This document shows positions 43,239 through 54,217 of a stretch of 64,000 nucleotides of DNA, one piece after another. Position numbers and translations under genes: made by a program. The notes below the pieces were generated by a model, which did no database searches, was not told the origin of the DNA, and saw only the letters and a program-made list of their open reading frames with translations. Source of the stretch: Escherichia coli (GTDB taxonomy: Bacteria; Pseudomonadota; Gammaproteobacteria; Enterobacterales; Enterobacteriaceae); assembly GCF_009931435.1 (NCBI RefSeq), contig NZ_CP043414.1, one strand, 5' to 3'. Within the stretch, counting starts at the first letter, position 1; each line of letters opens with the position of its first letter.

Positions 43239-43748
43239 ATGTACACTTCAGGCTATGCACATCGTTCTTCGTCGTTCTCATCCGCAGCAAGTAAAATTGC
43301 GCGTGTCTCTACGGAAAACACTACAGCCGGGCTTATCAGTGAAGTTGTCTATCGCGAAGATCAGCCCATGATGACGCAACTTCTACTGTTGCCATTGTTA
43401 CAGCAACTCGGTCAGCAATCGCGCTGGCAACTCTGGTTAACACCGCAACAAAAACTGAGTCGGGAATGGGTTCAGGCATCTGGGCTACCCTTAACGAAAG
43501 TGATGCAGATTAGCCAGCTCTCCCCTTGCCACACTGTGGAGTCAATGGTTCGCGCTTTACGCACGGGCAATTACAGTGTGGTGATCGGTTGGTTGGCAGA
43601 TGATTTGACTGAAGAAGAGCATGCTGAACTTGTTGATGCGGCAAATGAAGGTAACGCTATGGGGTTTATTATGCGTCCGGTAAGCGCATCCTCTCACGCA
43701 ACGAGACAACTTTCCGGGCTAAAAATTCACTCTAATTTGTATCATTAA
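43239..43748 (+). CDS. sulA: SOS cell-division inhibitor SulA
   Basis: [36 protein letters not shown]...; 169 aa. Confidence 0.95.
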
Positions 43749-44104
43749 GTAAATTTAGGAGTAATCCTGGAACTTTTTTTGTCGCCCAGCCAATGCTTTC
43801 AGTCGTGACTAATATTCCTTGCGAAGTCTTGTCTGAAGCGGTTTCCGCGATTTTCTTCTGTAAATTGTCGCTGACAAAAAAGATTAAACGTACCTTATAC
43901 AAGACTTTTTTTTCATATGCCTGACGGAGTTCACACTTGTAAGTTTTCAACTACGTTGTAGACTTTACATCGCCAGGGGTGCTCGGCATAAGCCGAAGAT
44001 ATCGGTAGAGTTAATATTGAGCAGATCCCCCGGTGAAGGATTTAACCGTGTTATCTCGTTGGAGATATTCATGGCGTATTTTGGATGATAACGAGGCGCA
44101 AAAA

Positions 44105-45157
44105 ATGAAAAAGACAGCTATCGCGATTGCAGTGGCACTGGCTGGTTTCGCTACCGTAGCGCAGGCCGCTCCGAAAGATAACACCTGGTACACTGGTGCT
44201 AAACTGGGCTGGTCCCAGTACCATGACACTGGTTTCATCAACAACAATGGTCCGACCCACGAAAACCAACTGGGTGCAGGTGCTTTTGGTGGTTACCAGG
44301 TTAACCCGTATGTTGGCTTTGAAATGGGTTACGACTGGTTAGGTCGTATGCCGTACAAAGGCGACAACATCAATGGCGCATATAAAGCTCAGGGCGTTCA
44401 ACTGACCGCCAAACTGGGTTACCCAATCACTGACGATCTGGACATCTACACTCGTCTGGGTGGTATGGTATGGCGTGCAGACACCAAGGCTAACGTACCT
44501 GGTGGCGCATCCTTTAAAGACCACGATACCGGTGTTTCTCCGGTCTTCGCTGGCGGTGTTGAGTACGCGATCACTCCTGAAATCGCTACCCGTCTGGAAT
44601 ACCAGTGGACCAACAACATCGGTGACGCACACACCATCGGTACTCGTCCGGACAACGGCCTGCTGAGCCTGGGTGTTTCCTACCGTTTCGGTCAGGGCGA
44701 AGCAGCTCCAGTAGTTGCTCCGGCACCAGCTCCGGCACCGGAAGTACAGACCAAGCACTTCACTCTGAAGTCTGACGTTCTGTTCAACTTCAACAAAGCA
44801 ACCCTGAAACCGGAAGGTCAGGCTGCTCTGGATCAGCTGTACAGCCAGCTGAGCAACCTGGATCCGAAAGATGGTTCCGTAGTTGTTCTGGGTTACACTG
44901 ACCGCATCGGTTCTGACGCTTACAACCAGGGTCTGTCCGAGCGTCGTGCTCAGTCCGTTGTTGATTACCTGATCTCTAAAGGTATCCCGGCAGACAAAAT
45001 CTCTGCACGTGGTATGGGTGAATCCAACCCGGTTACTGGCAACACCTGTGACAACGTGAAACAGCGTGCTGCGCTGATCGACTGCCTGGCTCCGGATCGT
45101 CGCGTAGAGATCGAAGTTAAAGGCATCAAAGACGTTGTAACTCAGCCGCAGGCTTAA
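44105..45157 (+). CDS. ompA: Outer membrane protein A (loop-variant allele)
   Basis: [21 protein letters not shown] signal peptide, beta-barrel, APAPAPAP hinge, OmpA-C domain; long 5' UTR upstream. Confidence 0.95.
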   Translation: MKKTAIAIAVALAGFATVAQAAPKDNTWYTGAKLGWSQYHDTGFINNNGPTHENQLGAGAFGGYQVNPYVGFEMGYDWLGRMPYKGDNINGAYKAQGVQLTAKLGYPITDDLDIYTRLGGMVWRADTKANVPGGASFKDHDTGVSPVFAGGVEYAITPEIATRLEYQWTNNIGDAHTIGTRPDNGLLSLGVSYRFGQGEAAPVVAPAPAPAPEVQTKHFTLKSDVLFNFNKATLKPEGQAALDQLYSQLSNLDPKDGSVVVLGYTDRIGSDAYNQGLSERRAQSVVDYLISKGIPADKISARGMGESNPVTGNTCDNVKQRAALIDCLAPDRRVEIEVKGIKDVVTQPQA

Positions 45158-45173
45158 GTTATCGTCTGATAGA

Positions 45174-45200
45174 AAAACCCCGCAGCTGCGGGGTTTTTTT
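45174..45200 (+). terminator. ompA rho-independent terminator
   Basis: AAAAACCCCGCAGCTGCGGGGTTTTTTT. Confidence 0.8.
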
Positions 45201-45232
45201 CGCCTTGCGTAAATTGAACTGACTCTCGACAG

Positions 45233-45685
45233 TTATTCCTTACCCAGTAATGCCTGCAGATCCTGCTTTAAAGAAGACATTTTATTCGCGTATTTCTCTT
45301 TGTTTTCCGCATCTTCAATCAGCTGAACAATCGTTTCGGAAAGTGTTTTACCGCGACGCTGCGCCAGACCAGCCAGACGTTGCCAGACAATAAATTCCAG
45401 ATCGATCGATTTTTTGCGCGTATGCTGGTGTTCCGCATTAAAATGGCGCTTTCGTCTGGCCCGAATGGTCTGCTTCATGCGATTGACCAGTTCCGGATTC
45501 ATATGCTTGTCAATCCAGCCATTTACCAGCACGGGTTCATTTTCCAGCGAGAGCAACACATCGACGGCTTCCTGGGCGGCACTGGCTTCTATGTAACGGG
45601 TGATTAACTCCCCTTCGCGGTGCTTCTTCACCAGATACTTCCATTTCCAACCGCTTTCAAGATTTTCAAGTTGTTGATATTTCAT
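45233..45685 (-). CDS. matP: Ter macrodomain organiser MatP
   Basis: 150 aa, [26 protein letters not shown].... Confidence 0.9.
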
Positions 45686-45870
45686 AGCGATCTCAATGTT
45701 ACCGTGTAACTCTTTACAGAATATCAGCTTTTTAGGCCAGTGAAGAAAAGAATCTCCATCCTGTGAGCTTTAACGCCCATGCCAGGAGTATTGTCGGTGC
45801 TTTCTACGTGTGCTGCAGTGCCGGTTACGGTATAATCGCGGCTTTGACAACAGACTAAAAAACATCAACT

Positions 45871-47631
45871 TTGACCATTACGAAACTTGCATGGCGTGAC
45901 CTGGTTCCTGATACCGATAGCTATCAGGAAATATTTGCTCAGCCACATTTGATTGACGAAAACGATCCTTTATTCAGTGATACTCAACCGCGACTGCAAT
46001 TTGCGCTGGAGCAGTTGCTGCATACGCGAGCATCCTCCTCTTTTATGCTGGCGAAGGCCCCGGAAGAGTCTGAGTATCTGAATCTTATTGCCGATGCCGC
46101 GCGTGCGCTACAAAGCGATGCAGGCCAACTGGTGGGCGGTCACTATGAGGTTTCCGGCCACACCATCCGCTTACGTAACGCAGTGAGTGCAGATGATAAT
46201 TTTGCGACTTTAACGCAAGTTGTCGCTGCCGACTGGGTAGAAGCGGAACAACTCTTTGGCTGCCTGCGCCAGTTTAATGGTGACATTACCCTGCAGCCAG
46301 GTCTGGTGCATCAGGCAAATGGCGGTATTCTCATCATCTCTTTGCGTACACTGCTGGCGCAACCTCTGCTGTGGATGCGGCTGAAAAATATCGTTAACCG
46401 CGAGCGTTTTGACTGGGTTGCGTTTGATGAGTCCCGCCCTCTCCCCGTCTCTGTGCCTTCGATGCCATTGAAGCTGAAAGTCATTCTGGTAGGCGAACGC
46501 GAATCATTAGCTGATTTCCAGGAGATGGAACCAGAGCTTTCAGAGCAGGCTATTTATAGCGAATTTGAAGACACTCTGCAGATTGTCGATGCGGAGTCAG
46601 TAAGCCAGTGGTGTCGCTGGGTGACATTGGCCGCCAGACATAATCACTTACCTGCACCGGGAGCGGATGCCTGGCCGGTACTTATCCGCGAAGCAGCACG
46701 CTACACCGGTGAACAAGAAACACTTCCGCTTAGCCCGCAGTGGATCCTCCGCCAGTGTAAAGAGGTCGCCTCCCTGTGCGATGGCGACACCTTCTCCGGC
46801 GAGCAGCTAAACTTAATGCTGCAGCAGCGTGAATGGCGTGAAGGTTTCCTCGCTGAACGCATGCAGGATGAGATCCTTCAGGAGCAAATCCTGATTGAAA
46901 CCGAAGGCGAACGCATCGGGCAAATTAACGCCCTTTCGGTCATTGAATTTCCGGGTCATCCGCGCGCTTTTGGCGAACCTTCTCGCATTAGCTGCGTTGT
47001 ACATATTGGCGATGGTGAATTCACTGACATCGAACGCAAAGCGGAGCTTGGCGGCAATATCCATGCGAAAGGGATGATGATCATGCAGGCGTTCCTGATG
47101 TCGGAACTTCAGCTTGAGCAACAGATCCCCTTCTCAGCATCGCTGACATTTGAGCAGTCATATAGCGAAGTGGATGGCGATAGTGCCTCAATGGCTGAAC
47201 TCTGCGCCCTGATAAGCGCCCTCGCCGATGTGCCGGTGAATCAGAGTATTGCTATCACAGGTTCAGTCGATCAATTCGGTCGCGCCCAGCCAGTCGGTGG
47301 TTTAAATGAGAAAATCGAAGGCTTCTTTGCTATTTGCCAGCAACGTGAGTTAACGGGGAAACAAGGTGTCATTATCCCCACTGCTAACGTTCGCCATTTA
47401 AGTCTTCACAGTGAACTGGTGAAAGCGGTAGAAGAAGGCAAATTCACCATCTGGGCAGTAGACGATGTGACTGACGCACTGCCGTTATTATTAAATCTGG
47501 TGTGGGATGGCGAAGGCCAAACGACGCTGATGCAAACCATCCAGGAACGTATCGCGCAAGCATCGCAACAGGAAGGACGTCACCGTTTTCCATGGCCATT
47601 ACGTTGGCTGAACTGGTTTATTCCGAACTGA
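45871..47631 (+). CDS. ycbZ: Lon-like protease homologue YcbZ (LonH)
   Basis: 586 aa; conserved position between matP and fabA. Confidence 0.9.
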
Positions 47632-47643
47632 TCGGACTTGTTC

Positions 47644-47661
47644 AGCGTACACGTGTTAGCT
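47644..47661 (+). promoter_or_regulatory. fabA operator palindrome (FabR/FadR-type site)
   Basis: AGCGTACACGTGTTAGCT, with central ACACGTGT palindrome, ~40 bp upstream of the fabA ATG. Confidence 0.6.
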
Positions 47662-47699
47662 ATCCTGCGTGCTTCAATAAAATAAGGCTTACAGAGAAC

Positions 47700-48218
47700 A
47701 TGGTAGATAAACGCGAATCCTATACAAAAGAAGACCTTCTTGCCTCTGGTCGCGGTGAACTGTTTGGCGCTAAAGGCCCGCAATTGCCAGCACCGAACAT
47801 GCTGATGATGGACCGTGTCGTCAAAATGACCGAAACGGGGGGGAACTTCGACAAAGGGTATGTTGAAGCAGAACTGGATATCAATCCGGATCTGTGGTTC
47901 TTCGGATGCCACTTCATTGGCGATCCGGTTATGCCGGGATGCCTGGGCCTGGACGCAATGTGGCAGCTGGTAGGGTTCTACCTCGGCTGGCTGGGCGGCG
48001 AAGGTAAAGGCCGCGCACTGGGTGTTGGCGAAGTGAAATTCACTGGTCAGGTTCTGCCGACAGCGAAAAAAGTGACCTACCGTATTCACTTTAAACGCAT
48101 TGTTAATCGTCGTCTGATTATGGGTCTGGCAGATGGCGAAGTGCTGGTTGATGGTCGTCTGATCTATACCGCCAGCGACCTGAAAGTCGGTCTGTTCCAG
48201 GATACGTCTGCCTTCTGA
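47700..48218 (+). CDS. fabA: 3-hydroxydecanoyl-ACP dehydratase/isomerase
   Basis: [30 protein letters not shown]...; 172 aa. Confidence 0.95.
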
Positions 48219-48244
48219 TTGAAATCAGACAGAGTATAAAAAGG

Positions 48245-48275
48245 CGAAACCTCCGCATTGCGGAGGTTTCTTTTT
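48245..48275. terminator. Bidirectional rho-independent terminator between fabA and rmf
   Basis: AAACCTCCGCATTGCGGAGGTTTCTTTTT, with an A-run upstream and T-run downstream. Confidence 0.75.
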
Positions 48276-48287
48276 AAAGAGACAGAA

Positions 48288-48455
48288 TCAGGCCATTACT
48301 ACCCTGTCCGCCATGGCTTCTCGCCAGCCTCCCAGCCATTGTGACCTTTGATTCAGCGTCTGATAGGGACACATTTCTTTTGAGCGTCCGGCGATGCCGG
48401 CCTGATAACCACGTTGATGTGCCCGTTCCAGGCGATCTCGTTTTTGTCTCTTCAT
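48288..48455 (-). CDS. rmf: Ribosome modulation factor
   Basis: Manual reverse translation gives MKRQKRDRLERAHQRGYQAGIAGRSKEMCPYQTLNQRSQWLGGWREAMADRVVMA (55 aa); below the ORF-track length cutoff. Confidence 0.9.
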   Translation of the reverse strand: MKRQKRDRLERAHQRGYQAGIAGRSKEMCPYQTLNQRSQWLGGWREAMADRVVMA

Positions 48456-48710
48456 GCCTCGTTTCCCTCATACTGGTTTCTGGTGGAAAAGAAAACAGTG
48501 ATTACTAAATGTGCAATCACAGTTAAGCAATACCGCGAATCATAACTGCCGTCAATGCGCAAAATTCACGCCACTGTCATATTTGTGAGCTACACGGGCA
48601 TGTCGGTTGTACAAAAAATGTGAAGAGGAACAACTTTTTCCGCACGTTAGAAACAAAAAAACCGCCTCAGGCTACATACCGGAGACGGTCATATTTACAA
48701 ATCTTTATAA

Positions 48711-49274
48711 TTAAGGTAGACGCTTTATCTCTTGCGCAATAGAAGCGGCTTCCTGACTCCAGACACTGGCCAGCACCTTAACCATCTCATCGTAACCATC
48801 CTGAGTTTGCACCCCTTCCAGACGGAACGGACGTTTGATCAGTTGTCCCTGGTGGTTCAACAGCCACTCACCACTGACAATGACCTTGCCATCATAGCGC
48901 CCGTTAAACTCCGTTACGGTAACATTGAGCGTATCCTGGGCGCTTCCCAGAGGCTGGGAGGCAACCACCCAGCCGGGCAGTTGCGTGCTCAGGTTGGCAA
49001 CCAGAGTGTTGCGCAACTGTTGATCCAACGGGCTGGCCCACAAGTTGTTGTTGGCAATCACATACTTCACATCACTGGTTTGATAAACCACACCATTTCC
49101 GGCCAGATAGTCAGGAACAGCGACCTGCTCTACCCATAACAGGCGATTACCCTGGCTGGCGGTACTTTGTGTACCGCTCTGCACCACAGGTAACTGGTAA
49201 TAGTTTTTATTGATCTCGCCGGAGCTGCATCCGGCCAGCCACAGTGCCGCAATCGTCACTAGCCACTTTTTCAT
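48711..49274 (-). CDS. pqiC: Paraquat-inducible lipoprotein PqiC (YmbA)
   Basis: 187 aa, lipoprotein signal (LAGCSSG); last gene of pqiABC. Confidence 0.9.
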   Translation of the reverse strand: MKKWLVTIAALWLAGCSSGEINKNYYQLPVVQSGTQSTASQGNRLLWVEQVAVPDYLAGNGVVYQTSDVKYVIANNNLWASPLDQQLRNTLVANLSTQLPGWVVASQPLGSAQDTLNVTVTEFNGRYDGKVIVSGEWLLNHQGQLIKRPFRLEGVQTQDGYDEMVKVLASVWSQEAASIAQEIKRLP

Positions 49275-50911
49275 TGTTTCGCCCTCTTCGGCTCTGGATC
49301 TTTTTTGTCCTTCGCTTCAAATACCAGCGCGTTACTCTTCTCGTTGAGCGTTTTCAGCACCGGCTGCAGTTCACGCAACACCTGATCAAGGCGCTGCATA
49401 TCCGCCACCATCTTGTTGTAGGCTGCGGAGCCAGGCTGGAAGCCCTGCATACTGCGATTCAACTCACGTAATGTAGACTGCATATCGGTCGGCAACTGCT
49501 GCATCGACTGGCTGGCGAGGATCTTGTTCATGCTATCCAGCGTCGTTTGCAGGTTTTTCATGGTGCGCTGACTTTCAGAAAGCGTACTGGTCGCCTGCTC
49601 AATCATCGGATTCAATGGCAGTTTGTTGATCTTATCCAACGCTTCCATCAGACGCTGCTGGATTTGCGCCAGGCCACCGCTAACGGTCGGGATAATCTGA
49701 TAACCATTAAACTCACGAATACCGGTAATAGCAGGGCTATTTGGATAGAAATCGAGATCAACATACAGTGCGCCAGTGACCAGATTTCCGGTCTTCAGCG
49801 ATCCGCGTAAACCACGTTTCAACAATTCGCCAAGGTGCTCAACAACATCCGCATTTTCACCAAGCTGCATTTTCAGCCGCTCTGGTTCGATACGAATCAG
49901 TACCGGAATACGGTAATCATCGTTAAATGTCTGCCGCATATTCGGCGCAAAGAACGGTACTTTGCTTACGGTACCCAGGCGAATACCCCGGAATTCTACC
50001 GGAGCTCCCGGTTGCAGACCGCGTACCGAATCTTTAAAGAACATCAGATAATCAATGTGATCGGTGTACAACGAATCCTGAATGCTCTTCTGATCATCAT
50101 ACAAAACGAAAGCTGTTTTCGGTGCCACTGGCTGCCCTAAATCCAGACCTTCCGGCACATCAAAGCTGACACCGCCACTAAGCAGCGTTGTCAATGAGCC
50201 CATCTCCACACGCATTCCCGCTGACGTCAAATCAACCGCAATGCCACTATCTTTCCAGAAGCGAACATTGCTGGTCACCAGTCGGTCATAAGGTGCATTG
50301 ATGAACAGTTGATAGCTGATATTGCGTTTTTGCGTATCGAAGGTGCTGGTTTCAACCGAACCTACCCGATAGCCACGGAACAGCACCGGATCTCCTGGCG
50401 AGAGCTGCCCGGCTTTTTTACTATCGAGAATCACACGGATACCTTTTGCATCAGGCGGGGCCAACGGTGGAGAATCCAGCAAATCGTATTTATCCATTTT
50501 GCTGCCTTTCGCACCTGGTTGCAGTTCGATATATACCCCAGACAGCAGCGTACCCAGACCGCTAATCCCTTCTCGACCAATCTGCGGTTTTACCACCCAA
50601 AAGACGGTATCTTTATGCAGCAATTTTTCCATACCGGAATTCAGCCGCGCTTTGATTTCAACGTGCGTCAAATCATCAGCCAGTGTGGCGCTTTCAACCA
50701 CGCCGACGTCAACGCTACGGCTTTTAATGGTGGTTTTACCACCTTCTATTCCTTCCGCATTCGCGGTGATCAGGGTCACTTCCGGCCCCTGATGGCTGTA
50801 ATGATAAAAAAGAACCCAGGCCCCAATGAGCGCCGTGACGATAGGAAATATCCACACGGGAGACCAGTTCTTCACTTTCTGGATTTTGGCTTCCCCATTA
50901 TTAGATTCCAT
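49271..50911 (-). CDS. pqiB: MCE-domain intermembrane transport protein PqiB
   Basis: 546 aa from MESNNGEAKIQKVKNWSPVWIF.... Confidence 0.95.
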   Translation of the reverse strand: MESNNGEAKIQKVKNWSPVWIFPIVTALIGAWVLFYHYSHQGPEVTLITANAEGIEGGKTTIKSRSVDVGVVESATLADDLTHVEIKARLNSGMEKLLHKDTVFWVVKPQIGREGISGLGTLLSGVYIELQPGAKGSKMDKYDLLDSPPLAPPDAKGIRVILDSKKAGQLSPGDPVLFRGYRVGSVETSTFDTQKRNISYQLFINAPYDRLVTSNVRFWKDSGIAVDLTSAGMRVEMGSLTTLLSGGVSFDVPEGLDLGQPVAPKTAFVLYDDQKSIQDSLYTDHIDYLMFFKDSVRGLQPGAPVEFRGIRLGTVSKVPFFAPNMRQTFNDDYRIPVLIRIEPERLKMQLGENADVVEHLGELLKRGLRGSLKTGNLVTGALYVDLDFYPNSPAITGIREFNGYQIIPTVSGGLAQIQQRLMEALDKINKLPLNPMIEQATSTLSESQRTMKNLQTTLDSMNKILASQSMQQLPTDMQSTLRELNRSMQGFQPGSAAYNKMVADMQRLDQVLRELQPVLKTLNEKSNALVFEAKDKKDPEPKRAKQ

Positions 50912-50915
50912 ACTG

Positions 50916-52169
50916 TCAGGACTCCTCATGCTCTGATTCAGGTTGACGATCCCACGACAAACGCGGGTCAAACGTCATAGCAGAAAACATTGTCATTATG
51001 ACGACTAAAGCAAACATTAATGCACCCATTGCCGGATAAATACTCATTAAACCTCCCATACGCACCAGCGCCGAGAGCACCGCGATGACGAAAACGTCAA
51101 TCATCGACCAGCGGCCTACAAACTCAACAACTTCATAAATCAAATGCATTCTTTCACTGTCGCGCTTGCCATGTCCTTTAGCATCCCAACACAGCCACGC
51201 GATGGCGATCATCTTTAACGTTGGCACCATAATACTGGCCAGAAAGATAACCGCAGCGACGGGATAAGAGCCTTCGCTCCATAACAGAATAACCCCGGCG
51301 AGAATCGTCGACGGCATCTTCGAGCCTAATAAATCCGTCACCATGATGGGCAAAATATTCGCCGGCAGATACAACATGATGGACGTAACAAGCAGTGCGA
51401 GTGTCCACTGCAGGCTGTTTCTACGACGAACATACCCTTTGGTACTACAGCGCGGGCACACAGGTTCATCAGCAGGAAGGATTGCCGTGCAACAGGAGCA
51501 CGAACGCAGCCCCTGGCGTATCCCCGTGACGCCCGGTTTTAGCGGCTGGCGCAGTTCTGGCATTGGGGCGATATCGTCCCATAACCAGCGACGATCAACG
51601 CACTGAAAGGCGCGCAGTTGCAGGACACAAAATAAACACCAGGGGAGAAAGCTACTGCCGACACCAATGCTGCCGTAAGCCATCAGTTTAACGAAACTCA
51701 CCAGCACACCCGCGAGGAAAATCTCCGCCATTCCCCAGGTTTTGAGTTGAAAAAGCACCCGTGCCAGTTGCTCTTTTAAACGGACCGGTAATTCCGCGCG
51801 ATTCACCAGTAACAGAATGGTTATCAGACAAAACGCGGGAACCAGTTGCACAAACAACAGGAAAAAGGTGCCGAGGCTGGCGTAGTCCTCAGAAAAAAGC
51901 ACGCCGGGAATTTCCAGTAATGTAATTTCACTGGTAACTCCTGCAACGTTCATATTCACAAAAGGAAACAAGTTGGACAGCAACAGCATGAACAGTGCAG
52001 CCAACGCATAGGCGGTAGGACGCTGCCGAGGGGCATCCCACGCCACGGTTAACGTTGTGCCACACCGGGGACATGCCGCTTTCTGACCATGCTCAAGGCG
52101 CGGTAACGCCACCAGCATGTCACACTGCGAGCACAGGATGTGCTTCGCGGCATGATGATGTTCGCACAT
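50916..52169 (-). CDS. pqiA: Inner membrane protein PqiA
   Basis: 417 aa, polytopic with Cys-rich N-terminus. Confidence 0.95.
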   Translation of the reverse strand: MCEHHHAAKHILCSQCDMLVALPRLEHGQKAACPRCGTTLTVAWDAPRQRPTAYALAALFMLLLSNLFPFVNMNVAGVTSEITLLEIPGVLFSEDYASLGTFFLLFVQLVPAFCLITILLLVNRAELPVRLKEQLARVLFQLKTWGMAEIFLAGVLVSFVKLMAYGSIGVGSSFLPWCLFCVLQLRAFQCVDRRWLWDDIAPMPELRQPLKPGVTGIRQGLRSCSCCTAILPADEPVCPRCSTKGYVRRRNSLQWTLALLVTSIMLYLPANILPIMVTDLLGSKMPSTILAGVILLWSEGSYPVAAVIFLASIMVPTLKMIAIAWLCWDAKGHGKRDSERMHLIYEVVEFVGRWSMIDVFVIAVLSALVRMGGLMSIYPAMGALMFALVVIMTMFSAMTFDPRLSWDRQPESEHEES

Positions 52170-52298
52170 TGGTACTCCTTAATGATGCGCTATTTTACAG
52201 ATGACGAACAAAGTGTTGGTTTTCATGCCTGATAAACCCAGTGCATCAGGCAATTTTACCGTTGTCAGCTGTCTCTGTTTAAATCGACTATTTTGCGA

Positions 52299-54206
52299 TC
52301 AGCCACCATTTTTTAACGCTTCAAGATACTCCCAGCGTTCAAAGGCTTGCTCCAGCTCCTGCTCTGCAGCAGCCATATCGGCGAGCACTTTTTGTGTCTG
52401 CTCATGGGGCTGACTGAAGAAGGAAGCATCCGCCACCTGCGTCTGTAGGGCTTCCAGCTTCGCCTCCAGATCTTCGAGCAATTGCGGTAGCTGCTCCAGT
52501 TCGCGCTGCAATTTATAGCTTAGTTTGCTACTGCTGCGTTTTACAGTTTCTGCTTTTGGCACGGCGGTTTCTTCGGTTTTTTTCACCGCAGGCTGTTTAA
52601 GCGCCACATACTGTTCTTGCTGACCACGGGCATCATGATAACCGCCGACATAACGACCAATTTTACCGCCGCCTTCGAAGATCCAGCATTCTGTAACCGT
52701 GTTATCGACAAACTGACGATCGTGGCTCACCAGCAATACCGTGCCCTGGTAGCTGTCGATCAGTTCTTCCAGCAATTCCAGCGTTTCGACATCAAGGTCG
52801 TTGGTCGGTTCGTCAAGAATCAATAAATTGCTTGGTTTGAGGAACAAACGCGCCAGCAGCAAGCGGTTACGCTCACCGCCAGATAGCGCACGTACCGGCG
52901 TCATCGCCCGTTTCGGATGGAACAGGAAGTCCTGCAAATAACCCAGTACATGGCGTGGTTTGCCGTTAACCATCACTTCTTGTTTGCCTTCGGCCAGGTT
53001 ATCCATCACCGTTTTATCGGGATCCAGTTCCGCGCGGTGCTGATCGAAATAAGCCACTTCCAGTTTGGTGCCAACGTGAATACGCCCGCTGTCCGCCTGA
53101 AGCTGACCGAGCATCAGTTTCAGCAGCGTGGTTTTGCCGCACCCATTCGGGCCAATCAGGGCAATTTTGTCGCCACGTAGAACCTGGGCAGAAAAATCTT
53201 TTACCAGTTGCTTACCGTCAACCTGGTAGCAAACGTCTTCCATTTCGAAAACGATCTTTCCGGAGCGGCTGGCTTCTTCCACCTGCATCTTTGCGGTACC
53301 CATCACTTCGCGACGCTCGCCACGCTCGCGACGCATTGCTTTCAGGGCGCGTACGCGGCCTTCATTACGGGTACGGCGTGCTTTGATCCCCTGGCGGATC
53401 CACACCTCTTCCTGCGCCAGTTTGCGATCGAACTCGGCATTTTGTAGTTCTTCCACGCGCAGGGCTTCTTCTTTTTCCAGCAGGTACTGGTCGTAATTCC
53501 CAGGATAGGTCACCAACTTGCCGCGATCGAGATCAACAATGCGCGTCGCCATATTGCGGATAAACGAACGGTCGTGGGAGATGAAAATTATCGTCCCATT
53601 GAAGGTTTTAAGGAATCCTTCCAGCCAGTCGATGGTTTCGATATCCAGGTGGTTAGTCGGTTCGTCGAGCAGCAATACGCGCGGATTGCTCACCAGCGCG
53701 CGTCCTAATGCCGCTTTACGCAACCAGCCGCCGGAAAGCGACGACAGCGCAACGTTAGGATCTAACCCCAGTTGCGCCAGCACTTCGTTAATGCGGTTTT
53801 CCAGCTGCCACAGGTTGTGGTGATCCAACTGTTCCTGAACCTTCGCCAGTTCGTTGAGATTTTTCTCGCTCGGGTCGTTCATCACCAGGCGCGAAATATC
53901 GTGATAGCGTTTCAGGTATTCCGCTTGTTCTTCAATGCCTTCGGCAACGAAATCATAAACGCTACCCTCAACGTTACGCGGCGGATCCTGTTGCAGACGA
54001 GCGACAATCAAATCTTGCTCGTAAATAATGCGACCGTCATCCAGCCCTTGTTCACGGTTGAGGATTTTCATTAACGTCGATTTGCCTGCGCCGTTACGGC
54101 CTACCAGACAAACACGTTCGTTATCTTCGATATGCAGTTCTGCGTTATCGAGAAGCGGCGCGTCGCTGAACGACAGCCATGCGCCATGCATACTGATTAA
54201 TGACAT
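52299..54206 (-). CDS. uup: ABC-F family ATPase Uup
   Basis: 635 aa with two ABC cassettes (GRNGAGKST, GPNGCGKTT; LSGG signature motifs). Confidence 0.95.
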   Translation of the reverse strand: MSLISMHGAWLSFSDAPLLDNAELHIEDNERVCLVGRNGAGKSTLMKILNREQGLDDGRIIYEQDLIVARLQQDPPRNVEGSVYDFVAEGIEEQAEYLKRYHDISRLVMNDPSEKNLNELAKVQEQLDHHNLWQLENRINEVLAQLGLDPNVALSSLSGGWLRKAALGRALVSNPRVLLLDEPTNHLDIETIDWLEGFLKTFNGTIIFISHDRSFIRNMATRIVDLDRGKLVTYPGNYDQYLLEKEEALRVEELQNAEFDRKLAQEEVWIRQGIKARRTRNEGRVRALKAMRRERGERREVMGTAKMQVEEASRSGKIVFEMEDVCYQVDGKQLVKDFSAQVLRGDKIALIGPNGCGKTTLLKLMLGQLQADSGRIHVGTKLEVAYFDQHRAELDPDKTVMDNLAEGKQEVMVNGKPRHVLGYLQDFLFHPKRAMTPVRALSGGERNRLLLARLFLKPSNLLILDEPTNDLDVETLELLEELIDSYQGTVLLVSHDRQFVDNTVTECWIFEGGGKIGRYVGGYHDARGQQEQYVALKQPAVKKTEETAVPKAETVKRSSSKLSYKLQRELEQLPQLLEDLEAKLEALQTQVADASFFSQPHEQTQKVLADMAAAEQELEQAFERWEYLEALKNGG

Positions 54207-54217
54207 TACTATTCCTT

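Noticed and set aside
44033-44104. N-terminal extension of ompA (track start [10 protein letters not shown]...)
   Set aside because: The canonical signal-peptide start [10 protein letters not shown] lies downstream; the extension falls in the known long 5' UTR.
48274-48471. 65-aa minus-strand track ORF (MRETRHEETK...)
   Set aside because: Out of frame with, and overlapping, the genuine 55-aa rmf gene found by manual translation.
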